A program made the position numbers and the translations under genes. The notes under the pieces were generated by a model. That model saw nothing but the letters and a program-made list of their open reading frames with translations. It did no database searches and had not been told where the DNA came from. Shown here in pieces: positions 10,218 through 21,027 of a stretch of DNA of 64,000 nt (position 1 is the first letter of the stretch; every line of letters starts with the position of its first letter). The stretch covers positions 1 to 64,000 of the forward strand of contig JBDRJK010000011.1 of NCBI GenBank assembly GCA_043814985.1, in the 5' to 3' direction. The stretch comes from Candidatus Aenigmatarchaeota archaeon (GTDB taxonomy: Archaea; Aenigmatarchaeota; Aenigmatarchaeia; Aenigmatarchaeales; Aenigmatarchaeaceae).

Positions 10218-10508
10218 TTAATCTACTCTTAAAAAGTATTTTTTTCCATCTGCTCTTTCTATTTGAATTCCACTGTTCTCAGCATCTAATTCGTTTAATA
10301 AAGTGTTTGCCCTAACTGCACTTACAGGAGTTTTATGGTCTCTGTTGTAAAGGTGAGCTATTTCTCTGGCTGTCTGCCTCTTTGTTTTAACACAACTAGA
10401 AAGTCCCTGTTTTAAAATATAGGTAGGTACTTGTGAGACGGGTTGGAAAAGCACTGAGAACCTTTCCCCTATTGTTTCTTTTATTTTCTTTTCAAGATTA
10501 GTTGACAT
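10218..10508 (-). CDS. hypothetical protein, possible winged helix
   Basis: TAREIA helix and C-terminal beta wing (GKKYFL). Confidence 0.5.
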   Translation of the reverse strand: MSTNLEKKIKETIGERFSVLFQPVSQVPTYILKQGLSSCVKTKRQTAREIAHLYNRDHKTPVSAVRANTLLNELDAENSGIQIERADGKKYFLRVD

Positions 10509-10591
10509 ACCATCACTATAAAATATTTGATAAGAAAAGGATTTAAGCTTTGGTAAAGGGATTTAAATGTTTTATTCTTTTACAAATTAAT

Positions 10592-11215
10592 ATGAATTAT
10601 AAAGAGATTAATTGGTCTGAACTAAGAAAAAAATCCATGCAATGGAAACCCACCTTGAACAAATTAACTAGGGAATTGTTAACATCTTCTGATAAAGCCG
10701 AGCTATCAAAATATAACAATGATGGATATTTTCATTATGTTAGAATCATAGAAGAAAACAATAATAGTACAGAAATTTTTGAAAAAATGAAAATGTTCTG
10801 GGAAAAGGAGAAAAGAGTTCCGGAGGAATGGATATCAATTCGTAGTTTGCCTGGAATTTGGACAGCTATGTTTAGTCCCGAAAATACTTACAGTAGTGCT
10901 CAACCTCCTATTCACATACTTAGATTTTATTTCAAAGATGGATTTTTTGTTTATGACAACGAGAATCCAAGACATAGAAAGATATCAAAATCTTGGAAGA
11001 CTGGGGGTAGGAAGAACCCTTGGAAGAATTCAGAAAACATTCATGGAAATAGTATGGAAAAAAGAATGAAGGGGAATAAATATCCTTCTCATAAATGCTT
11101 TTATGAGGACAATAGTATTGGTGCAATAATTGGTTATCACGACTATATTTCTCCTGTAATCGTGCTTGAAGATTCTGTAGAAAAAGTTGAATTTTTGAGA
11201 AACTTTAAAATTTGA
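10592..11215 (+). CDS. hypothetical protein
   Basis: ORF from ATG at 10592, no recognised motif. Confidence 0.6.
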   Translation: MNYKEINWSELRKKSMQWKPTLNKLTRELLTSSDKAELSKYNNDGYFHYVRIIEENNNSTEIFEKMKMFWEKEKRVPEEWISIRSLPGIWTAMFSPENTYSSAQPPIHILRFYFKDGFFVYDNENPRHRKISKSWKTGGRKNPWKNSENIHGNSMEKRMKGNKYPSHKCFYEDNSIGAIIGYHDYISPVIVLEDSVEKVEFLRNFKI

Positions 11216-11218
11216 TAC

Positions 11219-13102
11219 TCACTTCAACCTGACAGTTTCCAAATTCTTAGGGCAAATAGTCTCAACCCTGAAAATCTTGTGCAAATCCCTTGCAAGCTCA
11301 ACACACTTGGAGCTCTCGCCGTGGTCGACTATAATCCTCTCTGGTCTTTGTTTCAATCTTGACAAATAGTTCAATATTTGCTTATGATCCGAGTGACCGC
11401 TCAGTCCCTGCACATTGAATACCTCTAGGTTTATCGGGACAGCTGATGTCCGTCCGTTCTTGCTTTCCATTGGAACTTCCTTCCACCCCTTCTGCACCCT
11501 TCTTCCAAGGCTTCCCTCTGCCTGATAAGAGACAAAGATAAGGCCGTTCTTCTCGTTGTCTGCCAGGTTCTTCAGCCACCAGACACTGGGGCCTCCGACA
11601 AGCATGCCGGATGTTGCAATTATAACGCACGGCTCCCCGCTTTCCAGAATCTTTTTCCTGTCCTCAGTAGAGCCGACTCTTTTGAAAATCTCGTCAGTGA
11701 ACGGGTTGATGCCCTGCTGTAAAATTAATTTCTGCATTTCCCTGTTGAAATATTCGGGATAGGCAGTGTGGATTGCAGTCGCGTCCCAGACCATGCCGTC
11801 AATGTAAATGGGATACTTGAAGCCCGACCTTGACAAAATTGCCATGGCATCTTGGGAACGCTCAACAGCAAAGCTGGGAATCAATGCAATGCCTCCTCTT
11901 TCGCATACTTTATTGCAGGCCTCGATAACCTGCGATTCCGAGTCCGCTCTTTTGGGAGTTATGTCCTCCCTTGCCCCATAAGTTGATTCAGTGATGACTG
12001 TCTCGGCTCTTGAAAAATTGTTGCTTGCTGGCTCTAACAGCATTGTTCTATCGAACTTGAAGTCCCCAGTATAAAGGACGTTGTGCATGCCGTTCCCAAT
12101 ATGGACGTGGACAAGAGAACCTCCCAGAATATGTCCTGAGTTCAACAAAGTCAGTCTCATGTCAGGGGTTATGTCAGACACCTCTTCATATTTGAGGCAT
12201 ATCGAGTGCTTGACAGCTTCCTTGATGCCCCTGGTCGTGTAAGGCGGGGTTCTCCCTTCCCTCTGCGTCAACTCAATGTAATCCATACATAGCAGAACCA
12301 TCAGGTCCCTTGTGGGAGCTGTTAAATATAATGGCCCGTCATAGCCCATCTCATACAATAATGGAATCAAACCGCAGTGGTCCAAGTGGGCGTGTGACAG
12401 GACTATTGCATTCAATTTGTTAATATCGAATTCAGGAGCAGTAAGATAGGGGAACTCGTTGTTGCCGGGCTTTATGCCACAATCTAATAATACCCTGCTT
12501 TCAGGCGTCTGCAATAATATGCATGACCTACCAACTTCCCTGAAGCCGCCCAGAGCTGTCATCCTGATCCATTCAGTTTCCTTCCACCCGCTGTGGATGT
12601 GCTTGCCTACCTTGTTGAGGAAATCCTTCCTGAATTTCGAATTCTTGTACAGAATGTCCCTGAGAACTTTTACAATTTCAGATGGAATTACTGGAGCCCT
12701 CTTGACAGTAGGCAGCCACCATGTCTGCTTCTTAATTTCTCTTAGGTTCTCTCCACCTTTTCCAATTACCAGACCAGGTTTTTCTGCTTCAATTGTGACA
12801 GAGCCGAACTCAGGCTCAAAGTCCATGTCGACCAAGCCAGCCTCCTTTGGGACAATAATCTTTATTATTTCCTTTGTCTCTTCAATGTCCCTGCAAATGG
12901 ACGGGTCAGGCCTCAGTATCACCCTCTTCTTTATGGTCGACACCAGCATCTTTATCTCCTGACTATCTGAAACAAAGAAGTCCTTGCTCTTGGTGTAAAG
13001 AACTATCTCGCAGCCCTCGTACATTATGTCAGAAATCTTCGCATCTTTAGGAAGACTTTCCTTTACCCTGTCGAATAAATCACTAGTTTTTTCCTCTACC
13101 AT
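11219..13102 (-). CDS. beta-CASP ribonuclease aCPSF1 (FttA) with N-terminal KH domains
   Basis: KPGLVIGKGG, LGGFREVGRS, SHAHLDH, ESTYG, SGHSD; conserved linkage with psmB. Confidence 0.96.
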   Translation of the reverse strand: MVEEKTSDLFDRVKESLPKDAKISDIMYEGCEIVLYTKSKDFFVSDSQEIKMLVSTIKKRVILRPDPSICRDIEETKEIIKIIVPKEAGLVDMDFEPEFGSVTIEAEKPGLVIGKGGENLREIKKQTWWLPTVKRAPVIPSEIVKVLRDILYKNSKFRKDFLNKVGKHIHSGWKETEWIRMTALGGFREVGRSCILLQTPESRVLLDCGIKPGNNEFPYLTAPEFDINKLNAIVLSHAHLDHCGLIPLLYEMGYDGPLYLTAPTRDLMVLLCMDYIELTQREGRTPPYTTRGIKEAVKHSICLKYEEVSDITPDMRLTLLNSGHILGGSLVHVHIGNGMHNVLYTGDFKFDRTMLLEPASNNFSRAETVITESTYGAREDITPKRADSESQVIEACNKVCERGGIALIPSFAVERSQDAMAILSRSGFKYPIYIDGMVWDATAIHTAYPEYFNREMQKLILQQGINPFTDEIFKRVGSTEDRKKILESGEPCVIIATSGMLVGGPSVWWLKNLADNEKNGLIFVSYQAEGSLGRRVQKGWKEVPMESKNGRTSAVPINLEVFNVQGLSGHSDHKQILNYLSRLKQRPERIIVDHGESSKCVELARDLHKIFRVETICPKNLETVRLK

Positions 13103-13160
13103 AAAATTCCCTCTTTAAAGCAATTTCAAGAATAATAACAGTCTTCAATCATAAAAGCAA

Positions 13161-13769
13161 TCACGAATATTTTTTGACTTCCTGTTCAGACAGCTGCTTA
13201 AAGCCGTTTTTATCAATGACAGCAACCTCTATCCTCTTCCCGCCAGATGCGATATCCCTTTCCTTTGCAGCCTTGATAGCATTGATGACTAGGGCGATTG
13301 CATCTGCTGTTGTCATGTTCTCCTTGAAGCCAGCCTCTAAAACACCATAAGCAAATGGAGAACCAGATCCAGTCGAGTAGTACTTGTCATTGTGGTCATA
13401 ACCGCCGAACGGGTCAAACGAGTAAACATTAGGCTCCTTGTCAAAACCTGCCAGGATGAACTGGTTTATGTAAGGATAGTACTTGGAACCGTGCATTATG
13501 TTTGATAAAAGATTGGCTGCAGCCTTGACTGTTATTGGTCCCCTTTCAAGCTTGAATAAATTGAACTGCGCCTTTAGTAGTCTGACCATTGACTGGGCGT
13601 CGCCGACTCCTCCTGCTATTGTCAGGCCGATGTGGTCGTCCAGTTTGTATATCTTCTGCGCCAATTTCGAGTCCACCATGTAGCCCATTGTGGACTTCTG
13701 CTCTGCAGCTATGACAACAGAGTCCTTTGTAATCAGACCGATTGTAGTTGTTCCTTTTTTTACATCCAT
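13161..13769 (-). CDS. psmB: proteasome beta subunit
   Basis: KKG/TTTIG processing site, GSGSPFAYG, RDIASG. Confidence 0.96.
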   Translation of the reverse strand: MDVKKGTTTIGLITKDSVVIAAEQKSTMGYMVDSKLAQKIYKLDDHIGLTIAGGVGDAQSMVRLLKAQFNLFKLERGPITVKAAANLLSNIMHGSKYYPYINQFILAGFDKEPNVYSFDPFGGYDHNDKYYSTGSGSPFAYGVLEAGFKENMTTADAIALVINAIKAAKERDIASGGKRIEVAVIDKNGFKQLSEQEVKKYS

Positions 13770-13832
13770 TAGTTCACCAGAATTTGACAATTAATGATAA
13801 TATGAAATGAATGTATATAAAGATTACGGTGA

Positions 13833-15269
13833 TTAGTAGGTCCTTGCGAAGTTGGCAACAACTTTGGCCTTTTTGCCGCAAACAATGCAGTTGCAGGACA
13901 CTTTTCCCTGCTTGAATGGAATATTCGTTATCTTGGCTCCTGTTTCATCCTTTACCTTGTCCTCGCATTCCCTCTTTTCGCACCAACATGCTTGTATTAT
14001 GCCGCCTTTTTCTAGGGCCTTCTTGAACTCCTCAAAGGTTTTGACCTTGTGTATGTTCTCGTTGAGGAACTTTGTTGCTTTATCCAATAGATTCTTGTGT
14101 ATGTCGTCCAACAGGGCCTTTACTTTTGGAGCGACCTTATCAACTTTAACTATTTCCTTTTTACCGCTATCCCTTCTTACTAGCACCACCTGATTTTTCT
14201 CAACATCTTTAGGTCCTATCTCTATCCGCAATGGTACTCCCTTGAGTTCCCACTCGTTGAACTTGAAGCCAGGAGAGAAGCCGTCCCTATCATCAACATA
14301 AGTCCTGAATTTTGTCTTGATTTCTTTATCCAATTTTCCAGCTTCCTTTACTATCTTGTCTCTTGTCTTTGAATTGTAAATCGGAACTATGACAACCTGG
14401 ATGCTGGCAACCTTTGGTGGAAGAACCAAGCCCTTGTCGTCTCCATGGGCAGCAATCATGACACCAATATTTCTTGTTGAAATAGCCCATGTGTTCTGCC
14501 AGGCAAACTTGTTCTCCTTTTTTTCATCAAGGAAAGTTATATTGAACGCCTTGGAGAATTTCTGCCCATCATGGTGGAAGTCAGGCCCCTGTATTGCCTT
14601 TCCATCGGGCAAGAGATGCTCTATGGTGGTTGTGAAGACAGCTCCAGCGAACTTTTCCTTGTCAGACTTCCTTCCCATTATTCCCGGCAAGGCCATGACA
14701 TCTTCTGTGATTTTTTTGTAAATATCCATGATTTGCTTCTCCTCACCCAAGGCCTCTTTTTCAGTTGCGAAAACAGTGTGTCCTTCATTCCAGAGGAACT
14801 CCCTTGTTCTCAAGAATGGAACAGCGTGCTTGAATTCCCATCTTATCACATTGTTCCACTGGTTGTATCTCATTGGCAAGTCTCTCCAGGACCTTATCCA
14901 TTTTGAATAGCTTGGATACATTATTGTTTCGGAAGTAGGTCTTATAGCAAGTCTCTCATCAAGCTCACTGCTGCCGGTGTGGGTTACCCATGCGACCTCC
15001 GGTGAGAAGCCCTCAACATGCTCCTTTTCCTTGTTCAACAACCTCTCGGGAATTAATAAAGGAAAGTAAACATTCTTTATTCCTATTTTTTTGAACTCGT
15101 TGTCCGTGAACTTTTGAATCTGCTCCCAGATGAAATATGCGTCAGGCCTCAGGATTATGCAGCCTGACACATCACTATACTCAGTCAGACCGGACTTCTG
15201 CAGAACCTCTAGGTACCACTTACCAAAATCTTCAGACTTTTTAAACGTTAACCCAAGCTCTTCGGACAT
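13833..15269 (-). CDS. proS: prolyl-tRNA synthetase, archaeal/eukaryal type
   Basis: RPTSET, QWNNVIRWE, FLRTREFLWNEGHT, C-terminal FARTY. Confidence 0.97.
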   Translation of the reverse strand: MSEELGLTFKKSEDFGKWYLEVLQKSGLTEYSDVSGCIILRPDAYFIWEQIQKFTDNEFKKIGIKNVYFPLLIPERLLNKEKEHVEGFSPEVAWVTHTGSSELDERLAIRPTSETIMYPSYSKWIRSWRDLPMRYNQWNNVIRWEFKHAVPFLRTREFLWNEGHTVFATEKEALGEEKQIMDIYKKITEDVMALPGIMGRKSDKEKFAGAVFTTTIEHLLPDGKAIQGPDFHHDGQKFSKAFNITFLDEKKENKFAWQNTWAISTRNIGVMIAAHGDDKGLVLPPKVASIQVVIVPIYNSKTRDKIVKEAGKLDKEIKTKFRTYVDDRDGFSPGFKFNEWELKGVPLRIEIGPKDVEKNQVVLVRRDSGKKEIVKVDKVAPKVKALLDDIHKNLLDKATKFLNENIHKVKTFEEFKKALEKGGIIQACWCEKRECEDKVKDETGAKITNIPFKQGKVSCNCIVCGKKAKVVANFARTY

Positions 15270-15359
15270 TTGACTCACTTTTAATTTTGTTTCCTTTAAT
15301 TTAAATCTAATTTAAACCTTTATTAATTTTTACTTGCATAAACTATTAATCGTGATTCT

Positions 15360-16559
15360 ATGAAGATTGGGATTTTTTCTGATTGTCATTGTGGTTACAA
15401 GTACGATGAAGAGAGGGGAGAGGACAGCTTTATTGCTTTGAATGAGGCTATGGACAAGATCTCGGATTGCGACTTGATTTTGATAGCGGGCGATTTGTTC
15501 GATACTAGGATTCCCAAGCCGGAAGTCTTCGCAAAAACCGCGAGGATACTCAGCAAGGCACAGAACATCCCCTCCAGGACAAATTTTTTAGAAATAATCA
15601 ACAAGGAAAGGCGCGAGCTATCGCCCTCAGCCCTGAGGGGAATACCCATTGTTGTTATTCACGGGACGCACGAGAAGAGGAGCAAGTACATGATAAATCC
15701 CATGCAGTCATTGGAGCATTCTGGCCTGGTTGTTCATCTTGATTCTGCCACAGCTGTCTTTGAAATTGACGGGGAGAAGGTTGCAATACACGGCATGAGC
15801 GGCGTCTCTGACAGGTACGCCAAAGACAAGCTAATGCAATGGGACCCGAAGCCTGTCCCGAACGCGAAGAACATCTTCATGATACACCAGAGCATTGACC
15901 CCTACATATATTCTCCTTTGGAACCGCCGTCAATAAAACTGGACGACCTTCCAAAGGGTTTTGACCTTTATGTTCTAGGCCATATGCACTGGAGCGAGAT
16001 AAAGCCGTTCAAGGACGGCCAGCTTCTATTATGCGGGAGCACTGTCCCAACATCAATACACAAGATAGAGTCGGAACAGGGGAAGTTTATTTACAAGTAC
16101 AACAATGTTGTTGAAAAGATACCTTTGGAGAAGCAGAGGAAAATAATCTGGAAGGAGTTCGAGGTATCGCCTAACATAATAGATACTGTTGAGAACTTTG
16201 TTCAGACACTTTCATTGTCAAAGCCCAAGCCGATCATAAACATAAAGATAAAGGGGACTATTAAAAATGATGTCCTGCTGCCGAAATTCTCAAAGGTCGA
16301 GGAGAAGTTCAGCGAGAAGGCAATCATAAACATTAACAAGAACTTGCAGGTCGAGGGATTCCAAGAACAAATTGAGATGCTAAAGACACTGAGAGACCAG
16401 AGGCTCTCTCCCGAGGAGCATGGATTGAAAATTCTACAAGAAAATTTAAAGCAGGTTAATTGCGGTATAAAAGTTGATGAGATATTCGAATACTTGGTTG
16501 AAGGAAACACAGATTTGATATTCAACCTGTTAATTGGTAATCAAAAGAGATTAGAATGA
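15360..16559 (+). CDS. mre11: DNA double-strand break repair nuclease Mre11
   Basis: SDCHCG, AGDLFD, HGTHE, LGHMH phosphoesterase motifs; overlaps rad50. Confidence 0.93.
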   Translation: MKIGIFSDCHCGYKYDEERGEDSFIALNEAMDKISDCDLILIAGDLFDTRIPKPEVFAKTARILSKAQNIPSRTNFLEIINKERRELSPSALRGIPIVVIHGTHEKRSKYMINPMQSLEHSGLVVHLDSATAVFEIDGEKVAIHGMSGVSDRYAKDKLMQWDPKPVPNAKNIFMIHQSIDPYIYSPLEPPSIKLDDLPKGFDLYVLGHMHWSEIKPFKDGQLLLCGSTVPTSIHKIESEQGKFIYKYNNVVEKIPLEKQRKIIWKEFEVSPNIIDTVENFVQTLSLSKPKPIINIKIKGTIKNDVLLPKFSKVEEKFSEKAIININKNLQVEGFQEQIEMLKTLRDQRLSPEEHGLKILQENLKQVNCGIKVDEIFEYLVEGNTDLIFNLLIGNQKRLE

Positions 16560-18928
16560 TAACAAAAGTCAAGCTAAAAAATTGGAGAAGCCACTTGGAT
16601 AGTGAATTTAATTTTTCCGATGGGACAAACTGTTTTGTGGGCTCAATGGGATCAGGCAAGACATCTGTGATGGATGCAATATGCTTTGGTCTGTTCGGAA
16701 CATTCCTGCAATTGCAACAGAGAAAATTAAAACTGGAAGACATTGTGATGAAGAAACCAGTGAAAAAGGACAAGGCAGAAGTTTCTGTTTATTTTGACAT
16801 CAATGGGACAGAGTTCAATGTCAAGAGGATAATAGAGAACGGAAGGTCTTCAGCTGAGTTAAGGAAGAATGGTGAATTGATTGAGGGTCCCCATGCAACC
16901 AAGGTGACAAAAGAGGTTGAAAGGATATTGAAGATGGACTATGATTTGTTCACAAGAGCTGTATATTCTGAACAAAACCAATTGGACATGTTCCTGACAA
17001 TACCGAAGGGAGAAAGAATGAAAAAGATTGACCAGCTGCTAGCAATAGACAAGTTTGAGAAGGCCAGGGCAAACACGAGGTCCTTGGTCAGCAGGTGCCT
17101 TGACCTGTTGAGGGAAAAGGAGAGGATTGTCAAGAACCTCGAGGCAGATGAGAGCCTGAAGAAGATTGAGTTGTTGAGAAGACAGTTTATGGAATACAAG
17201 GAAAAGGAAGTCAAGTTCAAAAAACAGCTGGAGGACATTGTCAAGAAAAAGTCAAGGACTGAAAAGGACATCATTGTTCTCAAGACACAGCAAAAAAGAA
17301 TGCAGGAGATAGAGGAAGAGAAAAAGAAGTTCACTGCATTGCTGGAGGTCACGGAAAAGGACATAGAAAAACTGAAGGACGAGCTGGTCGAGTTTGCGGA
17401 AATGACAAAGGACCAGATGGAAAAGGAAGCTGAAATAATATCAGGAGACATCCAAGAGCTTAACTTGCAAATAGAGAGCGAAAGACAAAGCATGGACAAG
17501 CTAAGGGGAGAATATGCAGAGGACAATGCTGCCATAAATCTGATAGAGTCAGAGCGGTTGCCGAAGGTCATGGAAAATGTCGAAGAGCTAAGGAGCATTG
17601 AAAAGAGATTGAAGAAAAGTCCATTGAGAAAACTTGAATCCGAACTAAGCAAGAGCAGGAGTTCATTGGAGAATGGCCAGATAAAACTGCAAAAGTCAAT
17701 TGTCAAACTTTCTGAGATAGAGGATTCAATTAATGAGTTGAATCTTGCTGGGAGCGCATGTCCTGTTTGTGATGGCAAGCTGCCGCCAGCAAAGAAAACC
17801 AAGCTGCTAACAACAAAAAAGAAGAAAATAGATGAATTGAAAAAGGAAATTAAAAAACTTCAGCCAGATGTAATCAAGATTAAAAGATCAATAAATAAAC
17901 TCGAGGAAGAAATCAACGAAACAAAATTATTGAAGCAGAAATTCGAGGAACTGAAGGATTCTGAAAAGGAAATGAGAAGCCTGAATGATCTGCTGAATAA
18001 ATCCAAGTCAAAGACAAAGGTTTTCGATACCCAGAAGAGGATGTTCGAGAAAAACATACAGATGCTCGAGGACAGCCTCAGCAAATTCAGGGAAAAGCAG
18101 GAAAAAATCAAAAAGTTCCTATCAAAAGAGGAAGAGGTGACTGAAAAGCTTAACAGGTCAAAGAAGTACAGGCAGGATTTGGTCATGCTGGACAAGGAAA
18201 AGGAGCAGTACCTGTCATTCTCCCCAGCAATCTTGGATAAGTACGAGTCAGACTACAGGTCTATCATTATTCTGGAAAGGGAGATAGAGACAAATCTGAA
18301 AAACCTTTCAACCATACTGGACGAGAAGAAAAATCTTCTTGACGAGATAAAAAGCAAAAAGGAAATGCTAGAAAACTTCATGCTTGAAATAAGAAAGACC
18401 CATGCAATAACAGACCAGCTGAAACTTCTGGCAAACGCCCTTGTCATCACACAGGAACAATTGAGAAAGGAGTTCGTGTCAGCTGTCAACGAGGCAATGC
18501 AGACCATATGGAACGAGCTCTACCCCTACAAGGACATCTACAACATTAGATTAGGTATTGAGGGCGGTGACTATGTCTTGCAATTACAGGATTCGACTGG
18601 ATGGATACCTGCTGACGGAATCGCATCAGGTGGAGAAAGGTCAATGGCCGCCCTTACATTGAGGATTGCCTTTTCATTGGTTCTGGCTCCGCAGTTGAAA
18701 TGGCTGGTTCTTGACGAGCCAACACATAATTTGGACAGCAGGGCTGTTGATGAGTTGGCAAATGTTCTAAGGGAGAGGATAAACAGCTTTGTCGACCAGG
18801 TGTTCCTGATAACCCACGACCCCTCTCTGGAGAATGCTGTTTCCGGTTATCTGTACAGGTTGGATAGGGAGAAGGAGAAGGACGGCTTCACTAAAGTGTC
18901 ACTTGTTTCAGGGCCTGATGTATTATAA
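16556..18928 (+). CDS. rad50: Rad50 ATPase
   Basis: Walker A GSMGSGKT, coiled coil with CPVC zinc hook, SGGE signature, LDEPT. Confidence 0.95.
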   Translation: MITKVKLKNWRSHLDSEFNFSDGTNCFVGSMGSGKTSVMDAICFGLFGTFLQLQQRKLKLEDIVMKKPVKKDKAEVSVYFDINGTEFNVKRIIENGRSSAELRKNGELIEGPHATKVTKEVERILKMDYDLFTRAVYSEQNQLDMFLTIPKGERMKKIDQLLAIDKFEKARANTRSLVSRCLDLLREKERIVKNLEADESLKKIELLRRQFMEYKEKEVKFKKQLEDIVKKKSRTEKDIIVLKTQQKRMQEIEEEKKKFTALLEVTEKDIEKLKDELVEFAEMTKDQMEKEAEIISGDIQELNLQIESERQSMDKLRGEYAEDNAAINLIESERLPKVMENVEELRSIEKRLKKSPLRKLESELSKSRSSLENGQIKLQKSIVKLSEIEDSINELNLAGSACPVCDGKLPPAKKTKLLTTKKKKIDELKKEIKKLQPDVIKIKRSINKLEEEINETKLLKQKFEELKDSEKEMRSLNDLLNKSKSKTKVFDTQKRMFEKNIQMLEDSLSKFREKQEKIKKFLSKEEEVTEKLNRSKKYRQDLVMLDKEKEQYLSFSPAILDKYESDYRSIIILEREIETNLKNLSTILDEKKNLLDEIKSKKEMLENFMLEIRKTHAITDQLKLLANALVITQEQLRKEFVSAVNEAMQTIWNELYPYKDIYNIRLGIEGGDYVLQLQDSTGWIPADGIASGGERSMAALTLRIAFSLVLAPQLKWLVLDEPTHNLDSRAVDELANVLRERINSFVDQVFLITHDPSLENAVSGYLYRLDREKEKDGFTKVSLVSGPDVL

Positions 18929-18992
18929 ACTTAAAAAAAAGAGTTAAAAAATAAAAGTCAGCTTAATATCTTTTTCTACCGAATTAAGTTTT

Positions 18993-19508
18993 ATGGACGA
19001 AGACGGTGGAATTATGGGAGTTATAGACGAGTTCAGAGGAAGGCTCCCCAAGTTCCAGGACGGAAGAATAGACTATTCGAAATCCGACAAGGCTCCTGTC
19101 ATAACTGTTTTTGTAAAATGCAAGAACAAGATTCTACTGCTGAAGCGGAGCAACAAGGTCAACGATTATCAGGGGAAATGGAATGCTGTTGCTGGCTATC
19201 TGGACAAGATGATACCTGTGCAGGAAAAAGTTCTGGAGGAGATAGAGGAGGAGCTGGGGATTGAGAAGAAATGGATCATGTCAATACGCATTGGAAAGCC
19301 CTATGAAATTGTGGACAGCGAAATAAACAAAACATGGATCGTCAATCCCGTGATTGTCGAATTAAAAGAATTCCCAAACATCAGACTAAACTTCGAACAC
19401 ACTGAGTTCAAGTGGATAAGAAAGGACGAACTGGTCAACTTTGACACTATTCCGAGACTGAAAAGCTTCTTTGAGGACTATGTGCACATGAGAACAATCA
19501 TCTTTTGA
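18993..19508 (+). CDS. NUDIX hydrolase
   Basis: LLLKRS, GYLD...EEIEEELGI Nudix-like box, EHTEFKW. Confidence 0.88.
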   Translation: MDEDGGIMGVIDEFRGRLPKFQDGRIDYSKSDKAPVITVFVKCKNKILLLKRSNKVNDYQGKWNAVAGYLDKMIPVQEKVLEEIEEELGIEKKWIMSIRIGKPYEIVDSEINKTWIVNPVIVELKEFPNIRLNFEHTEFKWIRKDELVNFDTIPRLKSFFEDYVHMRTIIF

Positions 19509-19550
19509 TAACATACTTAAATTAATAATCTTTGCAAATAAAATAAAACC

Positions 19551-20294
19551 ATGGAGATAAAATTTCTCACAGAGCCGGCATTGCTGTTAAAAAACAAAGT
19601 GTTGGTGGTGGCTGATTTGCACATTGGATTGGAGAATGAAATCCTCAAGTCGGGAATAACAGTGCCATCTCAGATTGAAAAGTTGAAAGAAAAGATTGAC
19701 AATTTAATAAAGCAGACCAGAGCAAAACATCTTGTGTTTTTAGGCGACTTAAAGCACCAGGTCCCTTCAATTTCCTGGCAGGAGCAGAAGGAGATTCCTG
19801 AATTCCTGAACCATTTTTCTAAATTAAAAGTTTCAATAGTCAAGGGAAACCACGACGGCAACATAGAGAGGCTGGCGCCAAAGGATATCGACATCTACGA
19901 ACCCACAGGTTTTAAATTGGATAATTTCCTTTTGACACACGGTCAGGCTTGGCCTCTGAAAAAAGACTTGGGCGTTGAATATATTTTAATGGGTCATGTG
20001 CACCCTGCTGTAGAGTTCTGGAACGAGAACTTCAGAAGCACAGAGCCTTGCTGGATTAAATGTGGGATTGATAATGAGGAGCTTTTCAAGAAATACAAAA
20101 TAAAGACTGATGTCAAGCAAGGAATAGTGATGCCCGCTTTCAACCATTTAATTGGTGGTATGGCTTTCAACTCTGATGACTTCAAGCCACTTGGACCTCT
20201 GCTGAATAATAATATATTAAAATGGAAAAAATCAGAAGTTTACCTTCTAGATGGAACATATTTAGGAAAGTTAGAAGATTTGAAACAAAAGTAA
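19551..20294 (+). CDS. calcineurin-like metallophosphoesterase
   Basis: ADLHIG, LGDLKH, KGNHD, THG, GHVHP, MPAFN. Confidence 0.9.
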   Translation: MEIKFLTEPALLLKNKVLVVADLHIGLENEILKSGITVPSQIEKLKEKIDNLIKQTRAKHLVFLGDLKHQVPSISWQEQKEIPEFLNHFSKLKVSIVKGNHDGNIERLAPKDIDIYEPTGFKLDNFLLTHGQAWPLKKDLGVEYILMGHVHPAVEFWNENFRSTEPCWIKCGIDNEELFKKYKIKTDVKQGIVMPAFNHLIGGMAFNSDDFKPLGPLLNNNILKWKKSEVYLLDGTYLGKLEDLKQK

Positions 20295-20304
20295 ACCAAC
20301 TTTA

Positions 20305-20649
20305 TTAGATGTAAACAAAAGAAGAAGTTATCCTTCTTCTCTCATCTTCCGGTATTTGTTCCAATTTCTCATTTACTTCCTTATAATCTCCTTCCCATAT
20401 TCTTTTACCGTTTTTCTCAATATCATCTAAAAGATTTAGATGTGACAAAATTTTAACTGTTTTTCTTCTCTGCTTTTTATATTTTAAATTTTCTATTCTT
20501 TTTTGGGTTTCGTTACCCATTTCCTTTATTAAATTAGGTCGAATTTTATATTCTCCGCTCTGAATCATATATATTATTTTTCCAAATCTTGCATCCTGTT
20601 CTTCTATTGGTAAATCAAATTCGTCAATCGTTGATTTCATGTTTCCCAC
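20305..20649 (-). CDS. hypothetical protein
   Basis: 114-aa ORF. Confidence 0.5.
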   Translation of the reverse strand: MGNMKSTIDEFDLPIEEQDARFGKIIYMIQSGEYKIRPNLIKEMGNETQKRIENLKYKKQRRKTVKILSHLNLLDDIEKNGKRIWEGDYKEVNEKLEQIPEDERRRITSSFVYI

Positions 20650-20703
20650 TATAAAAAATAACAGAAAGTAGATATTTAAACTTAACCCTTCAGAATGAGT
20701 AAA

Positions 20704-20997
20704 CTACTCAACGGCCTTGACAGAGCCGCCCTTTCCTAATCCCAGTTGAAGTTCCTCTCTGAACTGCTTGGTAAAGCCGTTTGCCACCTCAACTTCCTTT
20801 CCCTTCTCAATTCCTTCGCTCTGCTTTCCCCATAGAGTCAACTTTATAGAACCGGATCCGTCCTCAAGTGTAGCTTCAACAAGCTTTGTGACAGTTCCGA
20901 ACTTAGTCATGACTTCCCTGGGTTCAGACATTTCAGCAACAGTTGCTTTCAATTCTATGTTGTTCATTCCCGTTTTTAGTTCATTTATAGTTACCAT
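20704..20997 (-). CDS. single OB-fold ssDNA-binding protein (SSB/RPA-like)
   Basis: INELK.G..N, LEDGSGSIKLTLW. Confidence 0.88.
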   Translation of the reverse strand: MVTINELKTGMNNIELKATVAEMSEPREVMTKFGTVTKLVEATLEDGSGSIKLTLWGKQSEGIEKGKEVEVANGFTKQFREELQLGLGKGGSVKAVE

Positions 20998-21027
20998 ATT
21001 ATCAGTTATCAATTATACTTTATAAAC

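Noticed and set aside
16939..17802. 287-aa antisense ORF and similar shadow ORFs in the track
   Set aside because: Ser/Phe/Leu-rich mirror of Lys/Glu-rich Rad50 coding sequence; no independent evidence.
15360..18928. mre11-rad50 without adjacent herA/nurA as a novel system
   Set aside because: Separation of these genes is common, and they may lie elsewhere in the genome.
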